Assembly: GCA_963806035.1 (NCBI GenBank)
Contig: CAWDWO010000023.1
Location: 60,521 to 124,520, forward strand
Length of the DNA stretch: 64,000 nt
Direction of reading: 5' to 3'
DNA from: Candidatus Krumholzibacteriota bacterium
GTDB taxonomy: Bacteria; Krumholzibacteriota; Krumholzibacteriia; JAJRXK01
Shown here: positions 19,466-28,583 of the stretch, piece by piece
Layout: every line of letters begins with the position of its first letter
How positions within the stretch are numbered: position 1 is the first letter of the stretch
Notes under the pieces: generated by a model
What the model was told of the DNA's origin: nothing
The model's database searches: none
The model's input: the letters and a program-made list of their open reading frames with translations, nothing else
Program-made: the position numbers and the translations under genes

Positions 19466-20629
19466 TCATCCACCCCGGCTGTCATGCCGCGAGAATGAAC
19501 GGAGTGCCTCCACTTTCGTCACGAGTGCGTCGCACACGGCATCGATTTCTTCGATCGTGTTGTCTTTCCCGATGCCGAATCGAATGCTGGCATGAGCTTC
19601 ATCGGGACTCAAACCCAATGCCAGCAAGACGGAGCTGGGGCTGTGCTCCGTCGAGGAACAGGCGGAACCGGTGCTCGCTGCGACTTCGCGCAGCTCCAGG
19701 AGCAGGGCTTCGGCCTCCACCCCACGAATACAGACGTTCAAGTTGCCGGGCAAGCGATCTCGAAGGCTCCCGTTGATGCCGAGATCCTCGATTTCCCGGC
19801 GCAAGCGCTGCAAAAGATGGTCCCGCAGCACCTGCACGTGCTCCCTTCTCGCCCTCTCCTCCGCCTTGGCCAGAGCGCACGCCTCGCCCAAACCCACGAT
19901 GAGGGGCACTGGCAGAGTGCCAGGTCGCAATCCATCCTGATGCCCCCCGCCGTAGAGGAGTGGCTGCAGATGAATGCGCGGCTTGCGGCGGCGTACAACC
20001 AGCGCGCCGATGCCTTTGGGTCCGTAGATCTTGTGAGCGGTCAGGGAGAGCATGTCGACGGTGTCAGCGTTTACCGGGATGCGCCCCACTGCTTGCACTG
20101 CGTCGCTGTGCAGCACCACGCCGCGTTCTTTGCAGACGGCGGAGATTTCCTCGATGGGCTGGATCGTGCCGATCTCGTTGTTGGCCCACATCACGCTGCA
20201 CAGCACGGTGTCGTCCCGTAGGGTGGCCTTCAACTCGGCCGCACTCACTCGCCCGTCGGAATCGACGCCGAGTACGCTCAGTTCGGCTCCGCGCTTCTCG
20301 AGCTGACGCAACGCATCCAGTACCGCAGGGTGTTCGATCGCGCTGGTCACGAAGTGGCGGCCTCGGTGAGCCAGCCGCGGAGCGCTGCCCAAGATCGCGA
20401 GGTTGTCCGCCTCGGTCGCGCCGCTGGTGAAGGTAATTTCACCCGGTTTGCAGCGGATGAGCTCGGCGACCTGCGCGCGCGCCTTCTCGATCGCCTCCTT
20501 CGCTTCCCAGCCGAAGATGTGGGCGCTGGCGGAGTTGCCGAAGGCACGGTCCCAATAGGGGGCCATGGCCTCGACGACCCTCGGGTCGACCGGCGTGGTA
20601 GCGTGATGATCGAGATATGCGCGCGCCAT
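19466..20629 (-). CDS. iscS: Cysteine desulfurase
   Basis: YLDHHATTP, FTSGATEADN, ANNEIG, HSDAVQ, TAHK (PLP Lys), RPGT, STGSACSS (catalytic Cys). Confidence 0.93.
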   Translation of the reverse strand: MARAYLDHHATTPVDPRVVEAMAPYWDRAFGNSASAHIFGWEAKEAIEKARAQVAELIRCKPGEITFTSGATEADNLAILGSAPRLAHRGRHFVTSAIEHPAVLDALRQLEKRGAELSVLGVDSDGRVSAAELKATLRDDTVLCSVMWANNEIGTIQPIEEISAVCKERGVVLHSDAVQAVGRIPVNADTVDMLSLTAHKIYGPKGIGALVVRRRKPRIHLQPLLYGGGHQDGLRPGTLPVPLIVGLGEACALAKAEERARREHVQVLRDHLLQRLRREIEDLGINGSLRDRLPGNLNVCIRGVEAEALLLELREVAASTGSACSSTEHSPSSVLLALGLSPDEAHASIRFGIGKDNTIEEIDAVCDALVTKVEALRSFSRHDSRGG

Positions 20630-20791
20630 CTCCAATCCCTTCAATCCGGGTGCTGTGCATCAAGATACCGTGCTTGCCCCGCGCGGCAAGGCTGCCGCCT
20701 CGCCCGGCGAGCCGGTCAGCGGCCTGGGTCCTTGGAACTCTTCGTTTTCAGAGCTGGCAGAAGCCACAGCCCCTTTTTAATGATGTAGCCC

Positions 20792-21598
20792 ATGGAGCAA
20801 CCCGCCTCATCCTCCTCTCGGCAAGACGACCGGTTCCAGCTTCTCGGAGATTTGGGACCCGAACGTCTTCTAAGTCTGCGCGGATCCGACTCCGTCGATC
20901 TGCTGCAGCGAATCTCCGCCTCCAACTTCCACGATCGCGCCGAGGGAGAGGTCTTCTGGACCCTCTTCACCAACGCCAAGGGACGTATCGTGGATCTCGC
21001 GCTGGCAAGTGAGTGTGCGAAAGAGGTGTTGCTCTTGGCCGGCGAGGGCCACGGGGAGCTCCTGCGAGAGTGGATTGAATCCTTCATCATCACCGAGGAT
21101 GTAAAGCTCGCCGTGGGACGAGATGCCCTGCCCCCCCTGGATACGCAAGAAGGAGACCCCGCCCGCAAGCTCCTTGAAACCGCCCACCACGCGCGACAGG
21201 AAGAACGACAGGAGCTGCAAGCCATCCAGCGCGGCCGCTTCCGGCCCGGCCTCGACCTGGACGAACGCTTCAACCCCCTGGAGGTCGGACTGGAGCAGCT
21301 AGTGGCCTGGGACAAGGGCTGCTACATCGGCCAGGAGGTCGTGGCGCGCTTGAAGAACTACGACAAGGTCCGCCGCACGCCAGCTGTTCTTGCCGCCGCC
21401 ACGAGCGCGCGCTCCGAGGGAGAGCTGAAAGACGATCAGCGGGTTCGCGGTCAACTGGTGCGCACGGCCCTCCAAATCGAACCTCCGCGCAGAATCGCAC
21501 TGGCCGTGGTAGAGAAGAGCCTTCAGCAAGGCGCCGTCCTCTTGGATGAAGACGGCGCGGAGTGGCAACTCATTTCGCGCCCGGAGGGGGCGCTCTGA
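20792..21598 (+). CDS. ygfZ: YgfZ/GcvT-like folate-binding Fe-S repair protein
   Basis: Signature KGCYIGQEVVAR; N-terminal GSDSVDLLQ and NAKGRI. Confidence 0.88.
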   Translation: MEQPASSSSRQDDRFQLLGDLGPERLLSLRGSDSVDLLQRISASNFHDRAEGEVFWTLFTNAKGRIVDLALASECAKEVLLLAGEGHGELLREWIESFIITEDVKLAVGRDALPPLDTQEGDPARKLLETAHHARQEERQELQAIQRGRFRPGLDLDERFNPLEVGLEQLVAWDKGCYIGQEVVARLKNYDKVRRTPAVLAAATSARSEGELKDDQRVRGQLVRTALQIEPPRRIALAVVEKSLQQGAVLLDEDGAEWQLISRPEGAL

Positions 21599-21605
21599 AG
21601 AGAGT

Positions 21606-22619
21606 TCAGTTCTTGTCGGGCTCGAACTCCTTGAGGCTCTTGAAGACGTTGCCGCGCACGTAGTCCGATACCAGCCAGTAGCGGTCGTCGCCCTTCACCT
21701 TCAGATAGAACTGCCCGTCAGGTCCCTCCTTGCCGAAGAGCAGACGCGTGGTGGCGCTGTCGTTGACCGTCACCTCGGCCCAATCCGCATCGTCGGTGAG
21801 ACCATACTCTCCCGGAGAGTCCGGCTTGGGCGCGACGTCCCGCGCGCGCATGTTGGACAGGGTGGTGAGAACACCGTCCGCACGAGTCTTGAGGGCGGTG
21901 AAGTGCTTGGGCTCGGTGACTTCCCATTCGTAGGGAAGCGGCTTCTTGACCGCCGCGGTGTCACCCTTTGCCGGTTCCTGGTACACCTTCTTCAGGGAGA
22001 TCACCGACTTCCCCTTCTTCAAGGTGATGGAGCTGACGCTGTCACGATCGGGCTTGTAGATATCCAGGTCGAGCCAGGTGGTCGCCACCGGATTGCGATT
22101 GTCCTCGCCCCAGATGCCGAAATCGCTCAGCAGGTTGCGGCTGCCCAATAGGACCTGATTGCTGCCCTGCTTGCGCACGAAGGCACCGCCGGTGGCCGCC
22201 TTCCCCAGTAGGAGATGCAGAATCTCCTTGCCGCTCTCGTCCTTGAGCACGAGATGCACGGCGTTGGAATCGTCCAGATCGTAGTCCGCCAGTACGGAGG
22301 GATCGTTGGAGCGCGGTTCTCCGTCGAGGTTTTCCAGATTGCTCAAGAGAGTGCGTACTTTGTTGACGTTGCCTTTGGCATCGTAGTGGGAGTTCATGAT
22401 CCAATCGCTGCCGCGGCGAACCATCGTGAAACCCTTGTCCGGATCCGATCCGCGATAGACGGCCAGTCCGTAAACGGTATCGGTGGACAGGGGCCCTTGC
22501 ACCACATCCACGTAACCACCCGTCTGATCCAGGTCCCTGCGCTGGCTCTTGCTGTACCAGTACCCGCCCGCGAACAGAATGAGAATTACCAGCAGAACTC
22601 CTAAAGTCCGATTGTTCAT
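21606..22619 (-). CDS. DUF4340-like membrane-anchored protein
   Basis: N-terminal TM helix and two repeats (ADYDLD / GEYGLT...LLLGK / LLFGK); last gene of the Gld-like ABC operon. Confidence 0.75.
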   Translation of the reverse strand: MNNRTLGVLLVILILFAGGYWYSKSQRRDLDQTGGYVDVVQGPLSTDTVYGLAVYRGSDPDKGFTMVRRGSDWIMNSHYDAKGNVNKVRTLLSNLENLDGEPRSNDPSVLADYDLDDSNAVHLVLKDESGKEILHLLLGKAATGGAFVRKQGSNQVLLGSRNLLSDFGIWGEDNRNPVATTWLDLDIYKPDRDSVSSITLKKGKSVISLKKVYQEPAKGDTAAVKKPLPYEWEVTEPKHFTALKTRADGVLTTLSNMRARDVAPKPDSPGEYGLTDDADWAEVTVNDSATTRLLFGKEGPDGQFYLKVKGDDRYWLVSDYVRGNVFKSLKEFEPDKN

Positions 22620-22640
22620 GTCGGTCGATTTCCTCCCTGC

Positions 22641-24365
22641 TCAGCTCGTGTGCGTGTGGAGCCACGACGCCTGTGCCCGGCGCCGCCGTACCGTGCGCGC
22701 GATCCCATAGAGGACGACGAGGAGCGGAACCAAGGCGGTGGTAAAGGTCCTCCAGAACAGCTTGCTCTGCTGGGAGACTTCACCGATGAGCCTCTGCTCG
22801 GTCGTCTTCGCCCTCACCTGGATGAGGTCCTCACCCAGAGTCAAGACGTCGATTCCGTTCAGAATGAGGAGTCCATTGTTGTAGTCACCCGCCTGCAGAT
22901 AGCTGTCCTCGAACATCTTCCCGCAGCCCACGAGAATCAGCGTTCCCGGCTTTCCCTCCTCGCTCACCGCGTTCCCCGTGGTGGTGGAATCACTGGCACC
23001 CCAGCTGGGAATCGGTTGACCCTCGTAGGGATTGGGAAACTCTCCGTGGACCATGACGGCCAGAGGAGCCCGCGGATGTGCGTTGGCGGAATCGAAGGTG
23101 AAGTCGCGTTGAGTGAGCGGCCCACCGTCGTTGTCCACTTCCCAGGCCTTGTCAGAGGAAGTGAAGAGCGTGTCATAGCTCATTTTCAGCGAATTCAACT
23201 TGGAGTCGTCCACGACCAAGCGGCCGCCCCACAGATAGAGCAGCTTGCCCAAGCGGCTGGAGACCGAGAGGTCCTGGTTGAATTGATCGCCGCTGACGCG
23301 GATCTGAATCGGCGCCTGAACCGGTTCGGCGACCTGAACGCGCATTCCACCCAGGTTCTGCGTCCGTGGAATCGAGAGCGTTTCCAGGTTCTCGTCCATG
23401 AACACGCCCTTGGACACGCGAACTCCGTAATTCTGAAGCAGCGGATCCAAGCCGGTGGTGATGGGGCGAGCCGAGATGTCGAACCCGCCTCTCCGCCCCG
23501 GGTTGTAATCGTATTCGTGGTTCTGCACCGCGCAGAAAACCTGGCCGCCCCGGTGCAGGAACTTCGCGATCTCATAGCGTTGACGATCGCTGAGGTTCTT
23601 GGGAGACAGGATGAGCAGGGTGGTCGTGTCGTCCGGAATCGGAGAGTCCTGGCTGATGTCGACCTTGCGTGCATCGTAGCCCTGTCCCTGGAAGATCTGC
23701 GGCATCTTCGAATACAGATCCCGCGGCGCCGGCGGCTGCTGACCCATCTGCATGTAGAGCTGCACCATCTGGGGATCCAGGCTCTCCTTGCTCGAATAGA
23801 TGGCCAGAACTGGCGCCTTGTCGCGCGTCAGCTTGATGATACGGCGGCAAATTTCGTATTCCAGGATGTCGAGCGTCTTGGGCGCGACCTGGGGAATGAT
23901 CTCCGGGTCCTTGTCCTTGTAACTCATCTCGATGGCCGAATACACCAGCTTCAGACCGATCTCGTCTTTTTCGATGCTCTGCACCTGAAAGGGCCTGATT
24001 CCCTTGGCCTGGATCTTTTGCGCCAGATCCTCGTTTTGGGAAGGGTCGGAAACGGAATAGGTGAGCTTGCCTCCGGAGGCCGCCTTGTACTCCTCCAATT
24101 TGTCGGTGATGTTGCGTTCGAGGCTCTTGAGACCGGTCGGCATGTCTGAAGCCTGGGTAATGTAGAGCTTCACGTGAACCGGCACTTTGAGTTGCGACAT
24201 GATCCGCTTCGCGGCGGGACTCATGGTGTAGATCTTGTCCTGCGTGAAATCGATGCGCGCTTTGGTATGACTTCCCACGATGGCGTTGAAGAACACCACG
24301 ATGGCGAAGAGCACGACCGCCGCGATCGTGAACGTGACGGTAAAACTGGTCTTGCGTGTGGTCAT
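22641..24365 (-). CDS. GldG-family ABC auxiliary component
   Basis: RIDFTQDKIYTMS, LEEYK, LEYEI, FLHRGG; N- and C-terminal TM helices. Confidence 0.85.
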   Translation of the reverse strand: MTTRKTSFTVTFTIAAVVLFAIVVFFNAIVGSHTKARIDFTQDKIYTMSPAAKRIMSQLKVPVHVKLYITQASDMPTGLKSLERNITDKLEEYKAASGGKLTYSVSDPSQNEDLAQKIQAKGIRPFQVQSIEKDEIGLKLVYSAIEMSYKDKDPEIIPQVAPKTLDILEYEICRRIIKLTRDKAPVLAIYSSKESLDPQMVQLYMQMGQQPPAPRDLYSKMPQIFQGQGYDARKVDISQDSPIPDDTTTLLILSPKNLSDRQRYEIAKFLHRGGQVFCAVQNHEYDYNPGRRGGFDISARPITTGLDPLLQNYGVRVSKGVFMDENLETLSIPRTQNLGGMRVQVAEPVQAPIQIRVSGDQFNQDLSVSSRLGKLLYLWGGRLVVDDSKLNSLKMSYDTLFTSSDKAWEVDNDGGPLTQRDFTFDSANAHPRAPLAVMVHGEFPNPYEGQPIPSWGASDSTTTGNAVSEEGKPGTLILVGCGKMFEDSYLQAGDYNNGLLILNGIDVLTLGEDLIQVRAKTTEQRLIGEVSQQSKLFWRTFTTALVPLLVVLYGIARTVRRRRAQASWLHTHTS

Positions 24366-25090
24366 CAGTACCGCCTCCTCTCCAGCGAGATGGCATTCAA
24401 GCCCAAGAAGAGGGCGGGCATCGTCAGGAAGTAGAGAATCGAACTGAAATCGATGACCCCGCGCTGCAGCGAATTCCAGTGGCTGGAAAACGCGACATGG
24501 TCTCTGAGGAAGCTACCGAAGCCGGCGATCCATCCGTCGATTCCCGCCACCACGAAGTCGTTCCCCAGGAGAAGGAAGAACAGACAGACCAGACAGGTGA
24601 CGATGAACGCGGCGATCTGTTCCTTGAAGAGGCCGCTGATGAAGATGCCCAGAGCCAAGTAGAACGCGCCGAGCAGGAACGCTCCCACGTAACCGGTGAA
24701 GATCGCGCCGGGATCGGCGTTGCCCAGGCTCGTCACCATCAAGGGGAGCGTGAAGGTACACGCGAGCGCGATGGTGTAGAAGGCGAGGGAAGCAAGGTAC
24801 TTGCCGGTCACCACTTGCCACGACTTCATGGGAAGCGTCATCAAGAGCTCGAAGGTACCGGCTTGCTGCTCGTTGGCCCAAAGACCCATGGTGATCGCGG
24901 GCAAGAAGAAGATGTTGAAGAGGGGTAGGTTCTCAAAAAACGCGCGCAGGCTCGCCTCGCCCGAGAGGAAGAACCCGCTCATGAAGAATCCCGAGTTCAA
25001 CAGCAAGTACACGACGACAAAGATGTACGCGATGGTGGAATCGAAGTACCCGCGAAACTCCCGGCGAAAGATCACGCCGACGTTAGACAT
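24365..25090 (-). CDS. ABC-2 type permease (GldF-like)
   Basis: IFRREFRGYF...AY, PAITMGLWANE...GTFELLMTLP, GKYLA, RGVID. Confidence 0.88.
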   Translation of the reverse strand: MSNVGVIFRREFRGYFDSTIAYIFVVVYLLLNSGFFMSGFFLSGEASLRAFFENLPLFNIFFLPAITMGLWANEQQAGTFELLMTLPMKSWQVVTGKYLASLAFYTIALACTFTLPLMVTSLGNADPGAIFTGYVGAFLLGAFYLALGIFISGLFKEQIAAFIVTCLVCLFFLLLGNDFVVAGIDGWIAGFGSFLRDHVAFSSHWNSLQRGVIDFSSILYFLTMPALFLGLNAISLERRRY

Positions 25091-26048
25091 GTCGCGCCTC
25101 CTTGCCGTGCTGTTCGTTACTGCGCCGAATGTATTCGATGAAGGCGTCCTCCAGACTGACTTCCGGAACCCCCATCTCCATGACTGGCCAACTCCGGGCG
25201 GCGGCCAGTTGTCCGACCTCGCGCCGGAGATTCACTCCATCGGTACCGCGCAATCGCGCGGTCACCACTCCCTCCGCTTCGGAGACCACGTTGACCTGTG
25301 CGACCGAATCCAGCGAGATGAGCCCTCTCTCCACCTCATCTCTCCCTGCCGTCAGAGCGACGCGCAACTGCGCTCCACCTCTGGCATCCGATTGCAAGTC
25401 GTTCAAGTATCCGTCAGCGATGATCCGGCCGTTGTTGATGATGATGACCCGGTCCGTCGTCGAGGAAACTTCCTGCAGGATGTGCGTGGAGAAGATCACC
25501 GTCTTCTCGTGGGCCAGCTCCTGAATGAGCTTGCGGATCTGAATGATCTGGAGCGGGTCGAGTCCGGTGGTCGGCTCGTCCAGAATCAGGATCTCCGGAT
25601 CGTGGATGAGTGCCTGTGCCAGCCCGGTGCGCTGTTTGAAACCCTTGGAAAGCTGATTGATGTCCTTCTTGAACATCTCCTCCAGGCCGCACTGCTGAAC
25701 CACCCAATCGAGCCGGGAATTCAAGCGCGCGCCGGCCAGTCCCCGCGCCTTGGCGCAGAAACGCAGGTACTGGTCCACCTGCATGCCTTCATAGAGAGGA
25801 GTCGTTTCCGGGAGATAGCCGATCAGCCGTCGAACGGAGATCGGATCCTTCGCCACGTCGATGCCGCCCACCGTGACCGATCCTTCGGTGGGAGCGATGT
25901 AGCTCGTGATGATCTTCATGGCGGTGCTCTTGCCTGCACCATTGGGCCCGAGGAAGCCCAAAATTTGTCTTTTTCCTACCTCGAACGAGACATGGTCCAA
26001 GGCCATGGTCGGGCCATAGACCTTGGTCACGTCCTTTACCTGGATCAT
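25083..26048 (-). CDS. ABC transporter ATP-binding protein (GldA-like)
   Basis: Walker A GPNGAGKST, signature LSKGFKQR, Walker B ILILDEPTTGLDP, STHIL. Confidence 0.92.
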   Translation of the reverse strand: MIQVKDVTKVYGPTMALDHVSFEVGKRQILGFLGPNGAGKSTAMKIITSYIAPTEGSVTVGGIDVAKDPISVRRLIGYLPETTPLYEGMQVDQYLRFCAKARGLAGARLNSRLDWVVQQCGLEEMFKKDINQLSKGFKQRTGLAQALIHDPEILILDEPTTGLDPLQIIQIRKLIQELAHEKTVIFSTHILQEVSSTTDRVIIINNGRIIADGYLNDLQSDARGGAQLRVALTAGRDEVERGLISLDSVAQVNVVSEAEGVVTARLRGTDGVNLRREVGQLAAARSWPVMEMGVPEVSLEDAFIEYIRRSNEQHGKEARHV

Positions 26049-26097
26049 CGTCTAGGTACCTCCAGATGATCGCACCAGTGCTGAATTGAATGTCGTG

Positions 26098-26250
26098 TCG
26101 CGTGCGTGCGGCGTTGGGAAGGTCCACGGTCCCGCAAGGGCGCAGCTTCTCCCGTGTCCGATCGGGCAGTATAGGAGATGGTCCGCGAAGCGTCCACCGA
26201 GCAGAGCGCTGGCGAGAGCGCCTTCCACGAGGGGTTCTATACGCACGCGA
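26098..26250. ncRNA. Candidate structured RNA (unassigned)
   Basis: Nested complementarity: a perfect 10-bp closing stem, a 6-bp inner stem, a CCC-GCAA-GGG hairpin and further stems. No family recognised. Confidence 0.35.
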
Positions 26251-26334
26251 TTCCAGCTGGTTCCCGCTTTGCGAGCAAAATTTCGCCGGAGGGAGAGAAT
26301 TTCTGCGGAAAACCGTGATGGAGCGGATCGGAAC

Positions 26335-27303
26335 TCAGCGCGTGTCACCCACGCCGGGTCGCGCCAGTTCGGGCGGAATCGGGAAGGTCACCGTCTCCTT
26401 CACGACCTCCTTTTCGCGAACCTCGCCACCCAGGGTGCGCAGTCGATTCAGGACCTCTTCCACCAGATCTTCCGGAGCGCTGGCTCCGGCGGTGACGCCG
26501 ACTCGTTTCACTTCAGACAACCATGAGCTCTGAATCTCTGAAGCATCGTCGATGAGCTGCCCCTGCGCACCCGCGCTGCGCGCGACCTCCACCAGACGGC
26601 GGCTATTGGAGGAATTCGCGCTGCCCACGACGAGCAAGAGCTCGATCTTCTCCACCGAGAGCAGGTTCTTGACCGCCTCCTGGCGGTTCTGCGTGGCGTA
26701 GCAGATGTCGTTCTTCTTGGGACCCTGAATGCGGGGGAAGCGGGCCTTGAGCGCGTCGATGATGCCCTGAGTTTCGTCGACCGAGAGCGTGGTCTGCGTC
26801 ACGTAGGCCAGACGCTCGGGGTGTTCCACCTCGAGTCGCGCGACATCTTGAACGCTCTGAACCAGCTCGACCTTTCCCGGGGCCTGTCCCATCGTGCCCA
26901 ACACTTCGTCGTGCCCTTCGTGGCCCACGAGGATCACCGTGTCCCCCGCTTTGACGTGCCGCAGCACCTCCATGTGCACCTTGGTCACCAGGGGGCAGGT
27001 GGCATCGATGATTCTGAGGTCTCTCTCCAGACCCTTCTCCCACACTCGCGGCGAGACGCCGTGTGCGCTGAAGATGCAGGTGCTGCCCGAGGGAACTTCG
27101 TCGAGTTCCTCCACGAAGATGACCCCCTGCCGCACGAAACGATCCACTACGTGCCGGTTGTGCACGATTTCCTTCCGCACGTAAATCGGGCCGTCCATGA
27201 GCTCGAGAGCGAGATCGACGATCTCGATGGCGCGCTCCACTCCGGCGCAGAAACCGCGCGGCGCCGCGAGCAGTACTTCGAATTCAGCGCTCTTGGAGGG
27301 CAC
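26335..27303 (-). CDS. ispH: 4-hydroxy-3-methylbut-2-enyl diphosphate reductase
   Basis: PRGFCAGVERAI, EIVHN, FSAHG, DATCPLVTKVH, TQTTLS, ICYATQNRQ, SSNS, TAGASAP. Confidence 0.96.
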   Translation of the reverse strand: MPSKSAEFEVLLAAPRGFCAGVERAIEIVDLALELMDGPIYVRKEIVHNRHVVDRFVRQGVIFVEELDEVPSGSTCIFSAHGVSPRVWEKGLERDLRIIDATCPLVTKVHMEVLRHVKAGDTVILVGHEGHDEVLGTMGQAPGKVELVQSVQDVARLEVEHPERLAYVTQTTLSVDETQGIIDALKARFPRIQGPKKNDICYATQNRQEAVKNLLSVEKIELLLVVGSANSSNSRRLVEVARSAGAQGQLIDDASEIQSSWLSEVKRVGVTAGASAPEDLVEEVLNRLRTLGGEVREKEVVKETVTFPIPPELARPGVGDTR

Positions 27304-27373
27304 TTGAGGCTCCCGGTTGAAGGAATGGGGACAATTTAGTGGATGCCGTGGCGGACCGCAGGAGAGGGAATCC

Positions 27374-28519
27374 TCAGTCCGTGCCGTTGAGGACCTTGCG
27401 CGCGATCACGATCTTCTGGATCTCGCTGGTGCCTTCGTAAATGCGCAGAACGCGGGCGTCGCGATAATACCTCTCCACCGGATAGTCCTTGGAGTAGCCG
27501 TAACCGCCGTGAATCTGGAGCGCCCGGTCGACGACCCGGTTCACCATCTCGCTCGCCGAGTACTTCGCCATGGCCGCGATCCGGGTGAAGGGCAGGCCTC
27601 GATCCCTGAGACTGGCAGCCTTGTGCGCCAAGAGGCTGGACTGTTCCAGCTCGGTGGCCATGTCCGCGAGCATCCACTGAATGGCCTGGAAGTTGGCGAT
27701 GGGCCGGCCGAATTGCTCGCGCTCCTGGGAGTAGGCGCGCGCCGCCTCCAGGGCCGCGGTGGCGAGTCCAATGGACTGATACGCCACGCCGATGCGCCCG
27801 CCGTCCAAGCTCACCATGGCGATCTCGAATCCCTGTCCCTCGCGCCCGATCAGATTCTCGCGGCTCACTTCGACTCCGTCCAGAATCACCGACACCGCGT
27901 CCGAACTTCTCAGGCCCATCTTGTTTTCCTTGGCCCCGATACTCAGACCCGGAGCGTCCCGTTCGACCAGAAACGCGCTGATGCCATCGTGTCCAGGGAT
28001 ACCGTCGAGCCGCGCGAGAACCACGAAGAAGTGCGCGTGATAGCCGTTGGTGACCCAGATCTTCTCTCCGCTCAGCCGATAGCCCTTCTCGGTGCTCTCC
28101 GCGCGACAGCTGATCGACGCGGCGTCGCTTCCGGACCCGGGCTCGGTCACGCAAAACGCGCCCAGATTTCCCTGCGCCATCGAGGGAAGGACCCGTTTCT
28201 TCAATTCCTCGCTGCCGAAGTGCATTACCGGATAGCTGCCCACGCTGTTGTGGACACCGACCATGATGGCGACTCCCGCGTCCGCCTGCGCGAGCTGCGC
28301 GATCACCAGGCCGTAGGTGAGGGTGTCGAGTCCCACACCCCCGTATTCCTCCGGAAAGCTCAGTGCGAAATAGCCCTGCTCTTTGAGCTTCGCGAGCAAG
28401 CCGGGATCGATGATCCCGGCCTCGTCCATTTGCTTGGCAAGGGGAACGATCTCTCCACGGGCGAAATCGGCTGTCCCTTTGACGAAGAGTTCTTGTTGCT
28501 CGTTGAGAGAGAAGTCCAT
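27374..28519 (-). CDS. Acyl-CoA dehydrogenase (short/branched-chain type)
   Basis: FCVTEPGSGSD, GEKIWVTNG, REQFGRPI, QIHGGYGY, IYEGTSEIQ. Confidence 0.93.
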   Translation of the reverse strand: MDFSLNEQQELFVKGTADFARGEIVPLAKQMDEAGIIDPGLLAKLKEQGYFALSFPEEYGGVGLDTLTYGLVIAQLAQADAGVAIMVGVHNSVGSYPVMHFGSEELKKRVLPSMAQGNLGAFCVTEPGSGSDAASISCRAESTEKGYRLSGEKIWVTNGYHAHFFVVLARLDGIPGHDGISAFLVERDAPGLSIGAKENKMGLRSSDAVSVILDGVEVSRENLIGREGQGFEIAMVSLDGGRIGVAYQSIGLATAALEAARAYSQEREQFGRPIANFQAIQWMLADMATELEQSSLLAHKAASLRDRGLPFTRIAAMAKYSASEMVNRVVDRALQIHGGYGYSKDYPVERYYRDARVLRIYEGTSEIQKIVIARKVLNGTD

Positions 28520-28583
28520 TCCGGTCTCCTGAACCAGGGCGCCTCGCGGTTATTGGTCCCGCCGGCGCGAAGCAGCGGTCAAA

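Noticed and set aside
26121..26146. Resemblance to SRP RNA helix 8 (CCC-GCAA-GGG...GCAGC)
   Set aside because: The conserved CAGG and AGCA internal-loop bases are not matched, so it is kept only as an unassigned RNA candidate.
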